DNA from: Octopus vulgaris
Taxonomy: Eukaryota
Reading direction: 5' to 3'
Assembly: GCA_951406725.2 (NCBI GenBank)
Contig: OX597831.1
Span: 68,386,001-68,450,000, forward strand
DNA: 64,000 nt
Numbering within the stretch: position 1 is the first letter of the stretch; every line of letters starts with the position of its first letter. This document shows positions 11,874-23,950 of this stretch, piece after piece. The notes below the pieces were generated by a model. The model had not been told where the DNA came from, did no database searches, and saw only the letters and a list, made by a program, of their open reading frames with translations. Position numbers and translations under genes: made by a program.

Positions 11874-12050
11874 TTTGGTTCAAATTTTGGCACAAGCCAG
11901 TAATTTCAGGGAAGGGGTAAATTGATTATGTCAGCTCCAACTCTAAACTGGTACGTATTTTATCAGCCCTGAAAGTATGAAATTCGAAGTTGACCTTAAC
12001 AGAATTTGGGCTCAGAATGTAAAGAAAGATGAGATGCTGCTAAGCATTTT
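11874..12050 (-). mobile_element. Diverged family-A-related SINE
   Basis: Colinear with 2350-2515 and 9810-9965 (TTGGTTCAAATTTTGGCACAAG..ACTGGTAC..CTCAGAATGTAAAGA). Confidence 0.65.
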
Positions 12051-13094
12051 GTAAGCTTACTATCTTACATGCTTCTTAATATTAGTAGAATAAAGAAGAC
12101 AAAAGAAGAAAAGAAATGGAAAAAGTGATGTACAGATAGTTTGCAAGAGTGGTGGGCAAGTTTAGTGGAAACATCCATGCATACATTGTCAAGTTTAGTG
12201 GAAACATCCATGCATAACCTTTTTGTGGTACTCAGAGTATTTCTTTTCCAGATCTGTTTTGAAGCATAGACCTGAGATAGACCCCCTAGCAATCATGTGT
12301 GTCACATGGGAAATCAAATAAGAGTGAACACTCCTTGAGGAGTTCCCTACTGCACATTTGAGAAATTGGTTGATGTATTTATTTTTGTGGCTGTCGTTTG
12401 ACAGATGCTGCATTCACTGATATCAACCTTATCTCTCCTCTTTTCTTCCAAGAAAAAACCTGTTGATTCCATTGTCTCTGGGGAAGCTTGCAGCTAATGT
12501 TAGGGTCTTGCAGGTTTTTATATCTGTGGAGTTGATTTCTTCTATTGACTTGTCAAATATCTGAAATACTGGCATAAATACTGATATTGCAAATATATTG
12601 TGAAATATTGTCTTCTATAATGAAAGCTGCAATTGCTATATATTTTTAATTCTGGTTTAATATACTTTGGTTACTCTGTCTTTGTTCACAACTCTTCTGT
12701 ATGAAATATTTTCAACAATGTTTAGAAATTTATGGCACTCATTGTATGGAACAAGACAGAAGGAAGACCATTTTCTGTGTTCAACTGTCAAATGTGAACA
12801 CTTATTTTTTTATTGAAATCCACTCTTGCATCAGCAGAAAATATTACTAAATCCAACTATTTCCTAGTATTGTAAATAATTCTAGTATAGATTATTAGAT
12901 TGTCCAGCAATAAATTCTATGTTATATAGGTTCTGCTGCTGTTATAGATTCCAGTGTACAACCATTGGATTTTTGTAAAAGAAGTGACAGCGGTTGTCAA
13001 GATAAACAGAAACGAAGATGAAATGTCCTCTTCGAATATGTATACTTATGTTTGTGTAAGTAAAGTATATAAGCATGCATGTATGTTTTTCTGA

Positions 13095-13194
13095 ATGTGT
13101 GTGTGTGTATACACACACATATAGTTATATATACATATATATACATACATACACACACACACACACATGTATATATACATACATACATAAATTC

Positions 13195-13256
<62 letters not shown>

Positions 13257-13331
13257 TATATACATATATATATACATATATATATACATATATATATATA
13301 CATATATATACATATATATATATATATATAC

Positions 13332-13386
<55 letters not shown>

Positions 13387-13439
13387 TATATACATATATA
13401 TATACATATATACATATATATATACATATATATATATAC

Positions 13440-13477
<38 letters not shown>

Positions 13478-13582
13478 ATACTCACACACACACACATGTA
13501 AGCAATTGTTTGAGCATATGTATGTTCATGTTTGTATGTAAATTTATTTATGCTCGTTTATGTATATATGGACTTACACATA

Positions 13583-13631
<49 letters not shown>

Positions 13632-13660
13632 GTGCACACATGTGTGTGTGTGTGTGTGAA
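13095..13660. repeat. Compound (TA)n/(CA)n/(TACATA)n microsatellite
   Basis: Directly visible; the TA-dominated core spans ~13197-13475. Confidence 0.98.
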
Positions 13661-13854
13661 ATGTATCTGTTTTGTATCAACATATAACATTAAACAAACA
13701 CCTTGCAAGTGGTTTCTTCTGTGTCCATGTCACAGTCTTCTTTATATCAGCAACTTACGACCTTCCCAAAGCTATGTTTGATTTCTGTTCTACTTTCCTT
13801 TCTCATTACATTTCTTCTTTCTCTGTCTTTCATTCTCTTTGAAATTAGCAATAA

Positions 13855-14120
13855 TGCAGTGTCTTTTTACTATAACCCCTAAGTTGACCTATGCCTTGTT
13901 AGTGAATTTGGTGAATAGAAACTGCGTAGAAATCTGTCATGTATATGTGCAGTTGGTTGTCCACCCACTCCACTGCTTGGCAGGTGGTGTTGGATTGTTC
14001 ACATCCCCATAAATTTACTGGTTGCAAAAGGAGGCTGATAGATTAAGTGCCAGGCTTTAAAAGAATAAGGAATAAAGTTGATATATTTGACTAAAATCCT
14101 TCAAGATGAATGAAACAAAG
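13855..14120 (+). mobile_element. Diverged family B SINE body
   Basis: GTGTCTTTTTACTATAACCC..GCCTTGTTAGTGAATTTGGT..GAAACTG and tail GAATGAAACAAAG align with family B. Confidence 0.55.
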
Positions 14121-14135
14121 GTTACATATATATAT

Positions 14136-14301
14136 GTCTTCCCTTCTCTGGATCTTTCCTTCTCTTATGTTTCCGACGAAGAGCTCTGCGCGAAACATTA
14201 AACCCTCCTTCTTTCCTTCTTTCCTGAGCGTCCAATAATACTATATTTGTTCCACGTCCTCGCATTGTTGTGTTTTTTTGTGCTTTCTTGTTTGGATTAA
14301 C
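14136..14301 (+). mobile_element. Short (TA)n-embedded element with minimal hammerhead-like motif (PLE pLTR-derived)
   Basis: GTTT-CCGACGA-A-GAGC-tct-GCGC-GAAAC-ATT-AAAC at 14169-14203; TA repeats on both sides. Confidence 0.65.
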
Positions 14302-14314
14302 TATATATATATAC

Positions 14315-14480
14315 ATGAAAAAAGCAAAAGACGAAGACAGGTGGTGTACAAAACAAACAGATGTATTAGTATAACGCTCAGGAATAGAAAAAGTCTTTTA
14401 TGTTTCGAGCCTATGCTCTTCTACACAAAGGGACACAGAAAAAACAAGGAGAGAGAAAAAAAGGAAAGAAAAAAACATAA
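14315..14480 (-). mobile_element. Short (TA)n-embedded element with hammerhead-like motif (same family as 25222, 38080, 37455)
   Basis: Minus strand CTTT-GTGTAGA-A-GAGC-atag-GCTC-GAAAC-ATA-AAAG (14395-14430), then CCTGAGCGTTATACTAATACA..CACCACCTGTCTTCGTC shared with the other copies. Confidence 0.7.
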
Positions 14481-14511
14481 TATATATATATATATATTAT
14501 ATCGAAATATC

Positions 14512-14562
14512 ATGTTGATGAAGGAAATAAATCTTATGATTCTAATCCAGAAACGCGTCCAT
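14512..14562 (+). ncRNA. Type I hammerhead ribozyme-like motif
   Basis: ATG-TTGATGA-A-GGA..TCC-A-GAAA-CGCG-TC-CAT: core with C3>U, palindromic stem III, GUC cleavage triplet, short stem I ATG/CAT; lies in a ~250-bp island between TA tracts. Confidence 0.6.
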
Positions 14563-14741
14563 AATTAATCGAAAACTGTTTGATTTCATTATTTTTCTTC
14601 TTTTTTGCCATGTGTGTGTTACAAATATTGTTGTCTGTGTAGACATATTTTTGTAGAAAAAGGAAATAGTAGTCTTTTGGCTGCTATTTCTAAAATTTTC
14701 AGTATGTGGTCAAGCAACTTGTTGCTAAACCCTTATTGTTA

Positions 14742-14780
<39 letters not shown>

Positions 14781-14869
14781 CACCAGGTGGTGCTATTAAG
14801 TTAGACATGGCCTAGGCCAATAATGGCCGAAACCTATCAAAGTATCAAAGTATATGTAGGTAGATAGAT

Positions 14870-15120
14870 AAATAAATAAATGGAGTTAAACGCAGGTGTT
14901 ATTCGAATTATTTTACTTCTGACATATGTTTCCAGAAGGAATAAAATGACGTAAAACAATGTGCAATCTTCTCATCAGGGAAAGAAAGAAACCAAATACA
15001 TCAATATGACATTTTAACAAAATGTGATGACTGTGTATAATGATGAAGGGAACGCTATTAAGTTTTTTTTTTAAAAAACATTAGTAGATATAATGTCAAA
15101 GGTAGCATATAGAAAGAGAA
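14870..15120 (-). mobile_element. PLE pseudo-LTR with hammerhead motif, related to 62594-62850
   Basis: Minus strand CTGATGA-GAAG..CTTC-tg-GAAA-CATATG-TC (14915-14985); colinear with the 3' terminus of the PLE at 62.6 kb. Confidence 0.75.
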
Positions 15121-15316
15121 GGAGGAGAAGGAAAGAAATTAGCAGAAAACTAAGGCACAAAAAGAAAATGACTTTCCTCAGGCACTACAGAATAAGAGTA
15201 GAGAAATATAGAGCAATGGGTGAATTAGAATAAAGCTTAAAAGCATGGAAATAGATATATTTAGTGGAAGTGAAATGTAAGAAGACAATCAAAGGTCAAA
15301 TTATATAGAATAGTAG

Positions 15317-15356
<40 letters not shown>

Positions 15357-15357
<1 letters not shown>

Positions 15358-16125
15358 CATCATCATCATCATCGTCACCATCATTATCATTATCATCATT
15401 TAACATCTGTTTCCCTTGCTGGCAGGGTTTGAACAGTTTAGCTAGAGCCAACAAGTTGGAGAGCTGTACCATGTTCCAGTTGCCTGTTTTGGCATGGTTT
15501 CTTTGGCTGGGTGCCCTTCATAATGCCAACCACTTTACAGAATGTACTGGACGCTTTTTATGTGGCACTAGTACCAATAGGATCACTAAAGAACTTGCAA
15601 GACAAAACCCTCTTCAGCTGGGAGGAGAGCATTAACCAAGGTGGTTTAAGATATCAGTTATCCTGTGGTGGGCAGTTCTTCTTGAGCACAGAAAGGTACC
15701 AGATATCTTGGGCCTTTGTCATCTCCTTTTTAAGGCTCAGTGTCTTGACATCAGCTTTCAGTACTTTGTCCCATGCCTTCCTGCATCTCCTTCTTCCACG
15801 AGTCACTTCTTTATACAAGAGTCTACATACATGCACGTCACATGATCAAACAAGCAGTCTTCTCTTTTGCACACTGCATCTAATTCCTCTTATGCCTAGC
15901 ATTTCTCTCAATATACTGAGAACCAAACTCTGATGAATGCCGATCTGTACACTAAATTCATCACTATATTCCTGGATAATTCTCACCTTACTGACAGAGC
16001 CTCTATACATGGCCTGTGAAACTTTCACAAGCCACTCATCTACTCCAAGCTTCCTTAGAGCCCACCCTATCACACAGCTGGGTACTCTGTCAAAGATTTG
16101 ATACTCTATCAAAGGCTTGGTAATC
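15357..16125 (-). mobile_element. Older RTE LINE copy, 5'-truncated with internal deletion
   Basis: FDRVP..WALRKLGVDEWLV..EFSVQIGIHQ..VLS is joined directly to LREMLGIRGIRCSVQKRRL, then RGRRRCRKAWDKV and a (GAT)n tail. Confidence 0.85.
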
Positions 16126-16159
16126 ATATACATATCTTTTACCTTTTAATTGTTTCAGT

Positions 16160-16583
16160 CGCAGGAGTGGCTGTGTGGTAAGTAGCTTGCTTACCAACCA
16201 CATGGTTTCGGGTTCAGTCCCACTGCATGGCATCTTGGGCAAGTGTCTTTTACTATAACCTCGGGTCGACCAATGCCTTGTGAGTGGATTTGGTAGACAG
16301 AAACTGAAAGAAGCCCGTCGTATATATATGTATATATATATATATGCATGTATGTGTGTGTGTATATGTTTGTGTGTCTGTGTTTGTCCCCCCAACATCG
16401 TTTGACAACCGATGCTGGTGTGTCTACGTCCTCGTAACTTAGCGGTTCGGCAAAAGAGACCGATAGATTAAGTACTAGGCTTACTAAGAATAAGTCCTGG
16501 AGTTGATTTGCTCAACAAAAGGCGGTGCTCCAGCATGGCTGCAGTCAAATGACTGAAACAAGTAAAAGAGAGAGTAAAGAGAG
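16160..16583 (+). mobile_element. tRNA-derived SINE, family B (full-length)
   Basis: Head GCAGGAGTGGCTGTGTGGTAAG (A-box) and GGGTTCAGTCCC (B-box), CORE-like CTTGGGCAAGTG, internal TA/TG microsatellite, tail TGACTGAAACAAGTAAAAGAG. Confidence 0.9.
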
Positions 16584-16735
16584 TCATGTATGGCAATGAA
16601 ATTAAAAGCACACTTTGTAACCACATTGACTTTGGGTTCAGTCCCATTGTACAGCTTTTGGACAAATGTCATCTACTACAGCTCCAGGCCAATCAACGCT
16701 TTGTGAGTCAGTTTGGTAGATGGAAACCCATCACC

Positions 16736-16770
<35 letters not shown>

Positions 16771-17032
16771 ACGCACACGTGTATGAGCAGATTATACTAG
16801 GGTTTATTTCTATAAAATTACATATTCATTTGGTGAATCTTGCTATTGAATGCAAGTGATACGTTCAATAGTTTGCATAAACACATATATATATATATAT
16901 AAAAACACATGTGCATCCATCTTCTCTTATATATATACATACATACATACATACTAATATATACGTGTGTATGTATGTGTATGTATTTTGTGTGTGTATT
17001 TAGACATTGTATATTTTTAGCAAAATTATCCA

Positions 17033-17510
17033 ATCATCATCATCATCATCATTCATTTAGCGTCCGTTTTCCATGCTAGCATGGGTTGGACGGTTCAACT
17101 GGTGTCTGGAGAGCCCGAAGGCTGCACCAGGCCAGTCAGATCTGGCAGTGTTTCTACAGCTGGATGCCCTTCCTAACGCCAACCACTCCGAGAGTGTAGT
17201 GGGTGATTTTATGTGCCACCGACACAGGTGCCAGACGAGGCTGGCGAACGGCCACGCTCGAATGGTGTTTTTTATGTGCCACCGACACAGGTGCCAGACG
17301 AGGCTGGCAGACGGCCACGCTCGGATGGTGTTTTTATGTGCCACCGACACAGGTGCCAGATGAGGCTGGCGAACGGCCACGATCGGATGGTGTTTGTTAC
17401 GTGCCCGCAGCACGGAGGCCAGTCGATGCGGTACTGGCTACGGCCACGTTCGGATGGTTTTCTTGCGTGCCACCGGCACTGGTACCTCAAAAATACAAAT
17501 TCCATTGATA
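17033..17510 (-). mobile_element. RTE 3'UTR fragment with ~62-bp tandem repeats
   Basis: (CAT)n-TTTAGCGTCCGTTTTCCATGCTAGCATGGGTTGGACGG matches the LINE 3' end at 5808-5860; repeat units start at ~17211, 17274, 17336, 17399 and 17465. Confidence 0.9.
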
Positions 17511-18516
17511 TGTCTTAATATTTTTTCTTTAAAATATTGAAACTGATTTGAGACAAATTTGGTTGCTACTTCTAGTTGATCAAATGACTATTTAGAAGCT
17601 CTCTCATTGACTTGTACTGAAAAATATAATGAGTGAAGTTGAATTATTTGCTTTCGTTTTGTTATATCTAAGTATCTGAAGTAAATTGAGAACAAGTGAT
17701 AAAAATTCAGCTTTGTTATAAGAATTCTTTTGTTTCTGTACAGAATCAGCAGAATTAAAAATATTCTAAATAACTGTTCTATATTTGTTTTTGCATGTTT
17801 ATCTATTCATGTATACGAGATTATTTTAGCTCTGCTATAGATTATTGAGTGCTCTTTATTTCTTGCCTTAGAATATATTGAGAGTTTCTTTGAAAATGTA
17901 TGTTCTATATCTGTATCTTATTACCAAATAGGATTAAACTATTTTAAAATTATCTCAAGATATTATAAAGGTGAGTAGGAAGCTCTACTATCAAGTTAAA
18001 ATTGACTTCGATAAAAACTTACAAAGAACGAGAATAAATAGTATTTTTAGATTTTTTTTTTTTGTGTGGAAATGAATCATAAATAAAGATGACTTTTTAA
18101 ACAAAATGAAACTTTCCATCAAATGTTCATTGTAATTAGTTATTGTGGCCAAGTAAGTTGCTTTCTGTTTTAAAAGATATGTAGTTTAATGTTCTATTTC
18201 TATTTTTTAAAAGAAAAATAACTTTTTTCACTAATCCATTTCTACTTAAAACAAAAGTAAAAAGGATTAAAGGAAATCAGATTAATATTGAATGTAACCT
18301 ACTTTACTAAGACTGTATTCCATAAATGTATTCCATGAAGTGAAATATTTACAATAATGTGCATAAATAAATAAATAAGAAAACATTTTGAAATTGAAAT
18401 AACTATTAAATATAATCATACTCCCAAAAATATCTTCCATGTAATGTTCCATGTCGCCTACCTTTTTTGCAGGGTGAAAATACAGCAAAATGACAATATT
18501 CTATGATTAGATATAT

Positions 18517-18560
18517 ACTAGCCGAGATATCTGGCATTGCTTGGGATTAAAATGGCATAG
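18517..18560 (-). mobile_element. Possible Helitron 3' terminus
   Basis: ACTAG followed about 9 bp later by a degenerate GC hairpin TCTGGCATTGCTTGGGA; on the minus strand this reads hairpin + CTAG|T. Confidence 0.35.
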
Positions 18561-18570
18561 TTATTTATTG

Positions 18571-18856
18571 TTTTACTTGTTTCAGTAATGTAACTATGGC
18601 CATGCTGGAGCACCGCCTTTAGTCAAACAAATCGACCTCAAGATTTATTCTTTGTAAGGTTAGTACTTATTCTATGAGTATATTTTGCCAAACAGCTAAG
18701 TTACAGGGATAAACACAGCAACATCAGTTGTCAAATGATGGTGGGTGTAGAAGCACAAACACATACACACAAGTAAACACATATATACGACAGTCTTCTT
18801 TCAGTTTCCATATATGAATTCCACTCACAAGGCTTTGGTGGACCTGAGGCTATAGC
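18571..18856 (-). mobile_element. Family B SINE, head-truncated
   Basis: TTTTACTTGTTTCAGT..GGCCATGCTGGAGCACCGCCTTTAGTC..CCACTCACAAGGCTTTGG. Confidence 0.85.
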
Positions 18857-19913
18857 ATATTATATACCATAAAATCCTATATATGCAAAAATAAAGATCA
18901 TTTTTAATAGATCATTTCCAAAATGTTTTCTGAAATTATTTTTGTTGAAAAAAGACGTACAAAATGTAAAAATTCGTACAGGAAGTTGACTCATTTAATG
19001 TCAGAATAGGTTTTTACAGAAAAAATAAAAGCTTAAATATGCATAATGAAGTTGACTTTTATTTATGCTGGACGGTATAATGCTTACTTTTTCTGTATAA
19101 ATTTACTAAAACCATTAAATGGTTAACTAGTTTTTAAAGTCTAATGTTCATGCAGGCAAACATGATCTGGGCCATATTTTACATTGCTTGGAGTTTCTGC
19201 CTTTTGCAATAGAGCACATATTTAAATTCTCCCTTGCAGTAAAGGATTCATAAGTTCTGCTCATACTGACAATAACAGTAATGACAAATTTATAAGTTTG
19301 CTTGACATTTTATAAATGTGAAAGGGATTAAAATTTCAATACTTCGTATCAAATTTCTGATAAGAATAAGGGGAAAACAATTCTGTTTACATAATTGGTT
19401 TAATTGGTCACTTTCCTCTATCGATTGAGTAAAGTGTCATCCAAGCTGATGTTTATTGGTAATTAAACTTAATTTGCAATACCTGTGCATATTTAGCAGC
19501 TTTGTTTTTGTTGGTAATTCTTATCAACAACTTTTCCTGTGATTGTGATTTGAGAAGACATACAGCTGTATGCTATAGATTGGATATAATCTCTTGTGGG
19601 CAAGAAATGTAAAATAAGGTTTATCATAAACAACACAAACATTTTGTAATTTGATAGCTTTCAATGTGATACATGTTAAACAGAAATTATTTTTATTTAA
19701 TGAAAATTTAATAAAATCTAATCATAAGTAAGTGAAATTATGCTAAATACAACTAAATTGTAAACCTTTTGCCTCTGGCTATATTGGCAGTTCCGAAAAC
19801 TTTTAGGTGTGAATTTTCCATGAGTAGAAACTTTTTTAACAAATTTTATCCTGAAAACCACTTACATAAATTACACAGGTGCACAAATTACATGTGTTTT
19901 TATGTTTTATATA

Positions 19914-21075
19914 TCATCATCATCATCGTTTAACATCCGTTTTCCATGCTAGCATGGGTTGGATGGTTCAACCGGGGTCTGGGAAGCCAGGAGGCTGCGC
20001 CAGGCTCCAGTCTGATCTGTTTCTACAGCTGGATGCCCTTCTTAACACCAACTACTCCGTGAGTGTAGTGGGTGCTTTTTACGTGCCACCGGCACAGGGG
20101 CCAGAGGAAGCTGGCAAATGGCCACGATCGGTTGGTGCTTTTTACGTGTTACCGACACAGACGCCAGTCAGGCGGTGCTGGCATCAGCCACGTTTGGATG
20201 GTGCTATGCATAATTATATGTATATATACATACACACACACACATATATATACACACACACACACATCATCATCATCATCATCGTTTAGCATCTGCTTTC
20301 CATGCTAGCATAGGTTGGATGGTTTGACTGAGGACTGGCAAACCAGAAGGCTGTACCAGACTCCAATCTGATCTGGCAAAGTTTCTACAGTTGGATGCCC
20401 TTCCTAATGCCAACCACTCCAAGAGTGTAGTGGGTGCTTTTTTCATGTCACCAGCACGAGGGCCAGTCAGGTGATACTGGCATCGACCATGTTGAACTGA
20501 TGCTTTTTACATGCCACCTGCATGGGACCAGTCAGGCACCACTGGCATCAACCATCCTTGAATGGTGCTTTTTATATGTCACTGGCACGGGAGCCACTCA
20601 GGCAGTACTGGCGATGACCATGCTCTAATGGTGCTTTTTACATGCCACCAGCATGGGACCAGTCAGGCAGCACTGACAATGACCATGCTCAAATGGTGCT
20701 TTTATGTGCCACCAGCTTGGGTGCCAGTCAGGCGGTACTGGCATTGGCCATGACTGACTTAAACTGACTCAACAGGTCTTCGCAAGCACAGTTTATTGGC
20801 CAATGATTGAAGGGTACTCTTCAATGGGCCAGTTATGCTGCCCTGGCATAGGCCATGATTATGGTCTCATTTGGCTTGCCAGGTCTTCTCAAGCACAGCA
20901 TATCTCCAAAGGTCTTGGTCACTCATCATCACCTCCTTGAGGCCCAACATTCGATGGTCATCTGGGTCTACCTCTTCCGCAGGTTTCCTCTACTGCTAGG
21001 GTGTGCCACTTTTCCACACAGCTGTCCTCATCCATACACAACACATGACCATACTAGTGCAACCGCCTCTCTCTC
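19914..21075 (-). mobile_element. Two tandem RTE 3' fragments (19914-20205; 20266-21075, the latter with ORF C-terminal remnant)
   Basis: Each starts with (CAT)n..TTCCATGCTAGCAT; the second has about five 60-bp units and sequence matching 6260-6490. Confidence 0.85.
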
Positions 21076-22094
21076 AATATATGTTTATATATATATATAT
21101 AACAAAAGAGGTGGGGTGTTTCCACACAGGAAAAAATATAGGGAAATGTGTTGTTGAAAATGTACCTAAATTTCACAAATCTCGTAAATGTTTAAAATAC
21201 ATTTATTTACATATGTACCATACTAGTTTCAACAATATTTTTTGTTCATGAATGGTTAAAGTTTAAAATAATGAATTAGAAAAACATCTTTAATAGTTTC
21301 AATGTGGACAAATTAAGATGTTTCAATGTTCACAAATTAGCATGTTCAAAACAGATAAATTTAGCATTATGAATTAGGAGGACAGGTGCAAGTTTGAATG
21401 TTCATAGCAGTCAATAATATAAAAACAGTGTATCAATTTGTTTGAATGATCAATGCTCATTAATGTTAGTGGTGAATGACAAGTCATACCGAGTCAAGAA
21501 GGAAAGAAAAAACAAGGAAGAAATGAAAACAGTAAAAAAAGGGAATTTGGTTTACAGTTTCTCTGATCCTCTTTCCATAGACAATTTCGCTTGTAGTGCT
21601 ATGTTTTGGGATCAGATGTATTTATAATTTTTTCCACGAGCGGATCAGATTTTTGATTCGTTAAAATACTGGTGACGTTTTTTTTGGTGGTCAAGTTTGT
21701 CATTCTGCTTGGTTGGTTTCCCTGTGGTGATGGTCATCAGTCATTCCGGTTGGTTGTTTGGTTCTCATAAAGGGTCATTTTGTTGTATTTGCTGAAGTTC
21801 GGTTTTTATTGGTCTGGAGTTAGGTGACATCAGCAACTGGTGCTTGTAAAATTTCATTGGGCTAGAGGTAGGTGATGTCAGCAACTGGTGTTTGTACGGT
21901 GATTTAGATTTGCAGTTTCGGAACCCAGGTGGAAGATTGTTACTAAAGCATTTTTAAAAAATTGTTTGTTGTTCCTGGTTCTTTTTTCCTGAGGAATTGA
22001 GTCTTTTTTCTTCTCTTTTTATTGCTTTTTCTTCTTTCTAAAGGATATTCAGCTGTGGTTTATATTTTTTAAGCTTATTTATTGACATTGTTTT

Positions 22095-22258
22095 TAATTG
22101 ACCATGCATCATCTTATGGCTTCAAGATTTCAATGATATAATTATGTTTTAGTATAACATTGTAGGATAGGTGTGTGAGGCTGGACCTGGCCAGTTTGAA
22201 TATAAAGTAGGGAGAATATTTAGGCCAGATATTACTGGTTTAAATGCTAAAGGGTCAA
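22095..22258. mobile_element. piggyBac-type MITE, partial
   Basis: Ends TTTAAATGCTAAAGGG-TCAA; colinear with 48668-48895. Confidence 0.65.
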
Positions 22259-22259
22259 A

Positions 22260-23950
22260 GATAATAGCACTTATATGGTGGTATATGAGAATATGAATAG
22301 CTTAATAAGGAAATTAATACCTGAGGTAGCTTCTGCATGGAGGAGATGGACATGGTCTATTTCAAAATGATTTTGATTCCAGAATTACATAAGGTGCTGT
22401 ATAAGTGTAGATTTATTGCACGAACAAGAAAATGTATTAATAAACAGTTGCCTGTCTTAGTTAATGATAAGTTAAAATGTTATTTGGTTGGCCTTCATGA
22501 GGTTCTGCAAATATGTAAACTTATTCTGGAGAATTAGGTTCAGAAAGGAGTTTTTAATTTTCTCCAAAAAGGTTAATGGAGTTCAGACTACACTGTATAT
22601 GAATCTAGCTTTGAAAATGGTGAAAGTGGATGTATTTAGAATAACTGATATAGTGTTTGGTAAGGGTTAAAAATGTATTTCCATTAAAAATGGTGGTAAT
22701 TTTTGTTGTCTAAAAGCAGGTTAATAGTTTTAACTAAGGGTAGGTTAAAAACAGGTTAATTAAGAGTAGATTAAAAGAGCTTAGTCAATTTCATTACTAA
22801 TAACACATATATTGCTGTTGCTGATAGAATATTTAAACAAATTAAAGATATGATGGGTGGTAACTGCAATCCTTTATTAGCTGACATATTTATTTTCAGG
22901 TGAGTTAAGTTTTCTTAATGATTTATGCCAATGGTAAAAGATTGATTTAGTTAAATAGTTTTGTGGTTGTTGCAGATAAGATTGAGGATTTTTTTATTCA
23001 TAATTTCAATTACTTGGAGAATTTGCTCATGAAAATTTATCCATAACTCATAGCTAATTGAAATAGGGATACAAGGAATGAGGCTAATTATTTAGATGCT
23101 AAAGTAGTTTGTAGGGATAAGGTTATAACTAGCATTTACAATAAAACTGACAGCATTAATTTCTATATTGCATTCTTGCCCTGGACATTCAGAATCTGTT
23201 AAGAGTAGAATATGATGTATTCTCCATCAAAGCTATTTGATAGAGTAGAATTATAAAGTTGATATGTTTGTAAACAAAATTAAGCTTTTGATGAAGTATA
23301 TGGGGGAAAAAAAAAGGCTAGAAAATTATTAATCAAAAGTTTTAACTGTTGCTTCAGGAGGTATACTGAAATTTTGAAAACTTCAGTAGGAATCTTTGTA
23401 GTGATAAGTTTTATGTGACATTGATGGTTGTTATTTTGTATCTGTTATCAAATATAATTTTCTTCTGAACTCCCACTCATGGAGTGCAATTATTTTTTTC
23501 TAAGCAAGCAGTAGTGTCAGGAGGCAAGCCTAAGTTTCCCTCATGTATATGATATGTCGTTTGTGAGGAGAATGTTTTCTATGCAATTGGTTCATTTAAA
23601 TTATGTCTTTAGTTTTATAGTTTGTTAGGTAACAATGTTGATTTTCATATATTAACTATAATTTATTTTATAGTACTTATAATAAAACTGATAGCATTTA
23701 ATTTTCATATTGCATTCATGCCCAGGGCATTGAGATTGCATCAAGATTTGGGTGCAACGTGTTCTCCAGCCAAGATGTTAGATATGATAGAATTATAAAT
23801 AAACTTGATGTATTTGTAAGCAGAATTGGCTATTGATGAATCATATGTAAAAACATGGTTATGTTAGGAAATTGTTAATCAAAAGTTTTAATTGTTGCTT
23901 GGAGAGACAATTTTTTTCAAACAAATTGTTTAGGTAATTTGTGGTATTTA
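22260..23950 (+). pseudogene. Decayed Penelope-like element reverse transcriptase with partial tandem 3' duplication
   Basis: TTLYMNL (~22590), MMGGNCNPLLADIF (~22850) and EANYLDAKV..TSIYNKTDSINF (~23080) are PLE RT motifs; 23135-23355 is repeated at 23675-23900. Confidence 0.7.

Noticed and set aside
12157-12216. 33-bp-period tandem duplication CAAGTTTAGTGGAAACATCCATGCATA
   Set aside because: Two units only; ordinary slippage duplication.
12997-13781. Long YIYIYI / CVCVCV / HTHTHT ORFs in the ORF track (also 3206-3839, 4667-4879, 50775-51390, 61912-62311)
   Set aside because: Stop-free translations of TA, CA, AAT and GGT microsatellites; no coding signal.
16160-16230. tRNA-like A/B boxes at the SINE heads
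   Set aside because: No complete cloverleaf could be drawn and they are always fused to SINE bodies; not tRNA genes.
17211-17480. Regularly spaced GC-rich repeats resembling a CRISPR array
   Set aside because: Whole units repeat with no unique spacers, the context is eukaryotic, no cas genes are present, and the array is part of the RTE 3'UTR.
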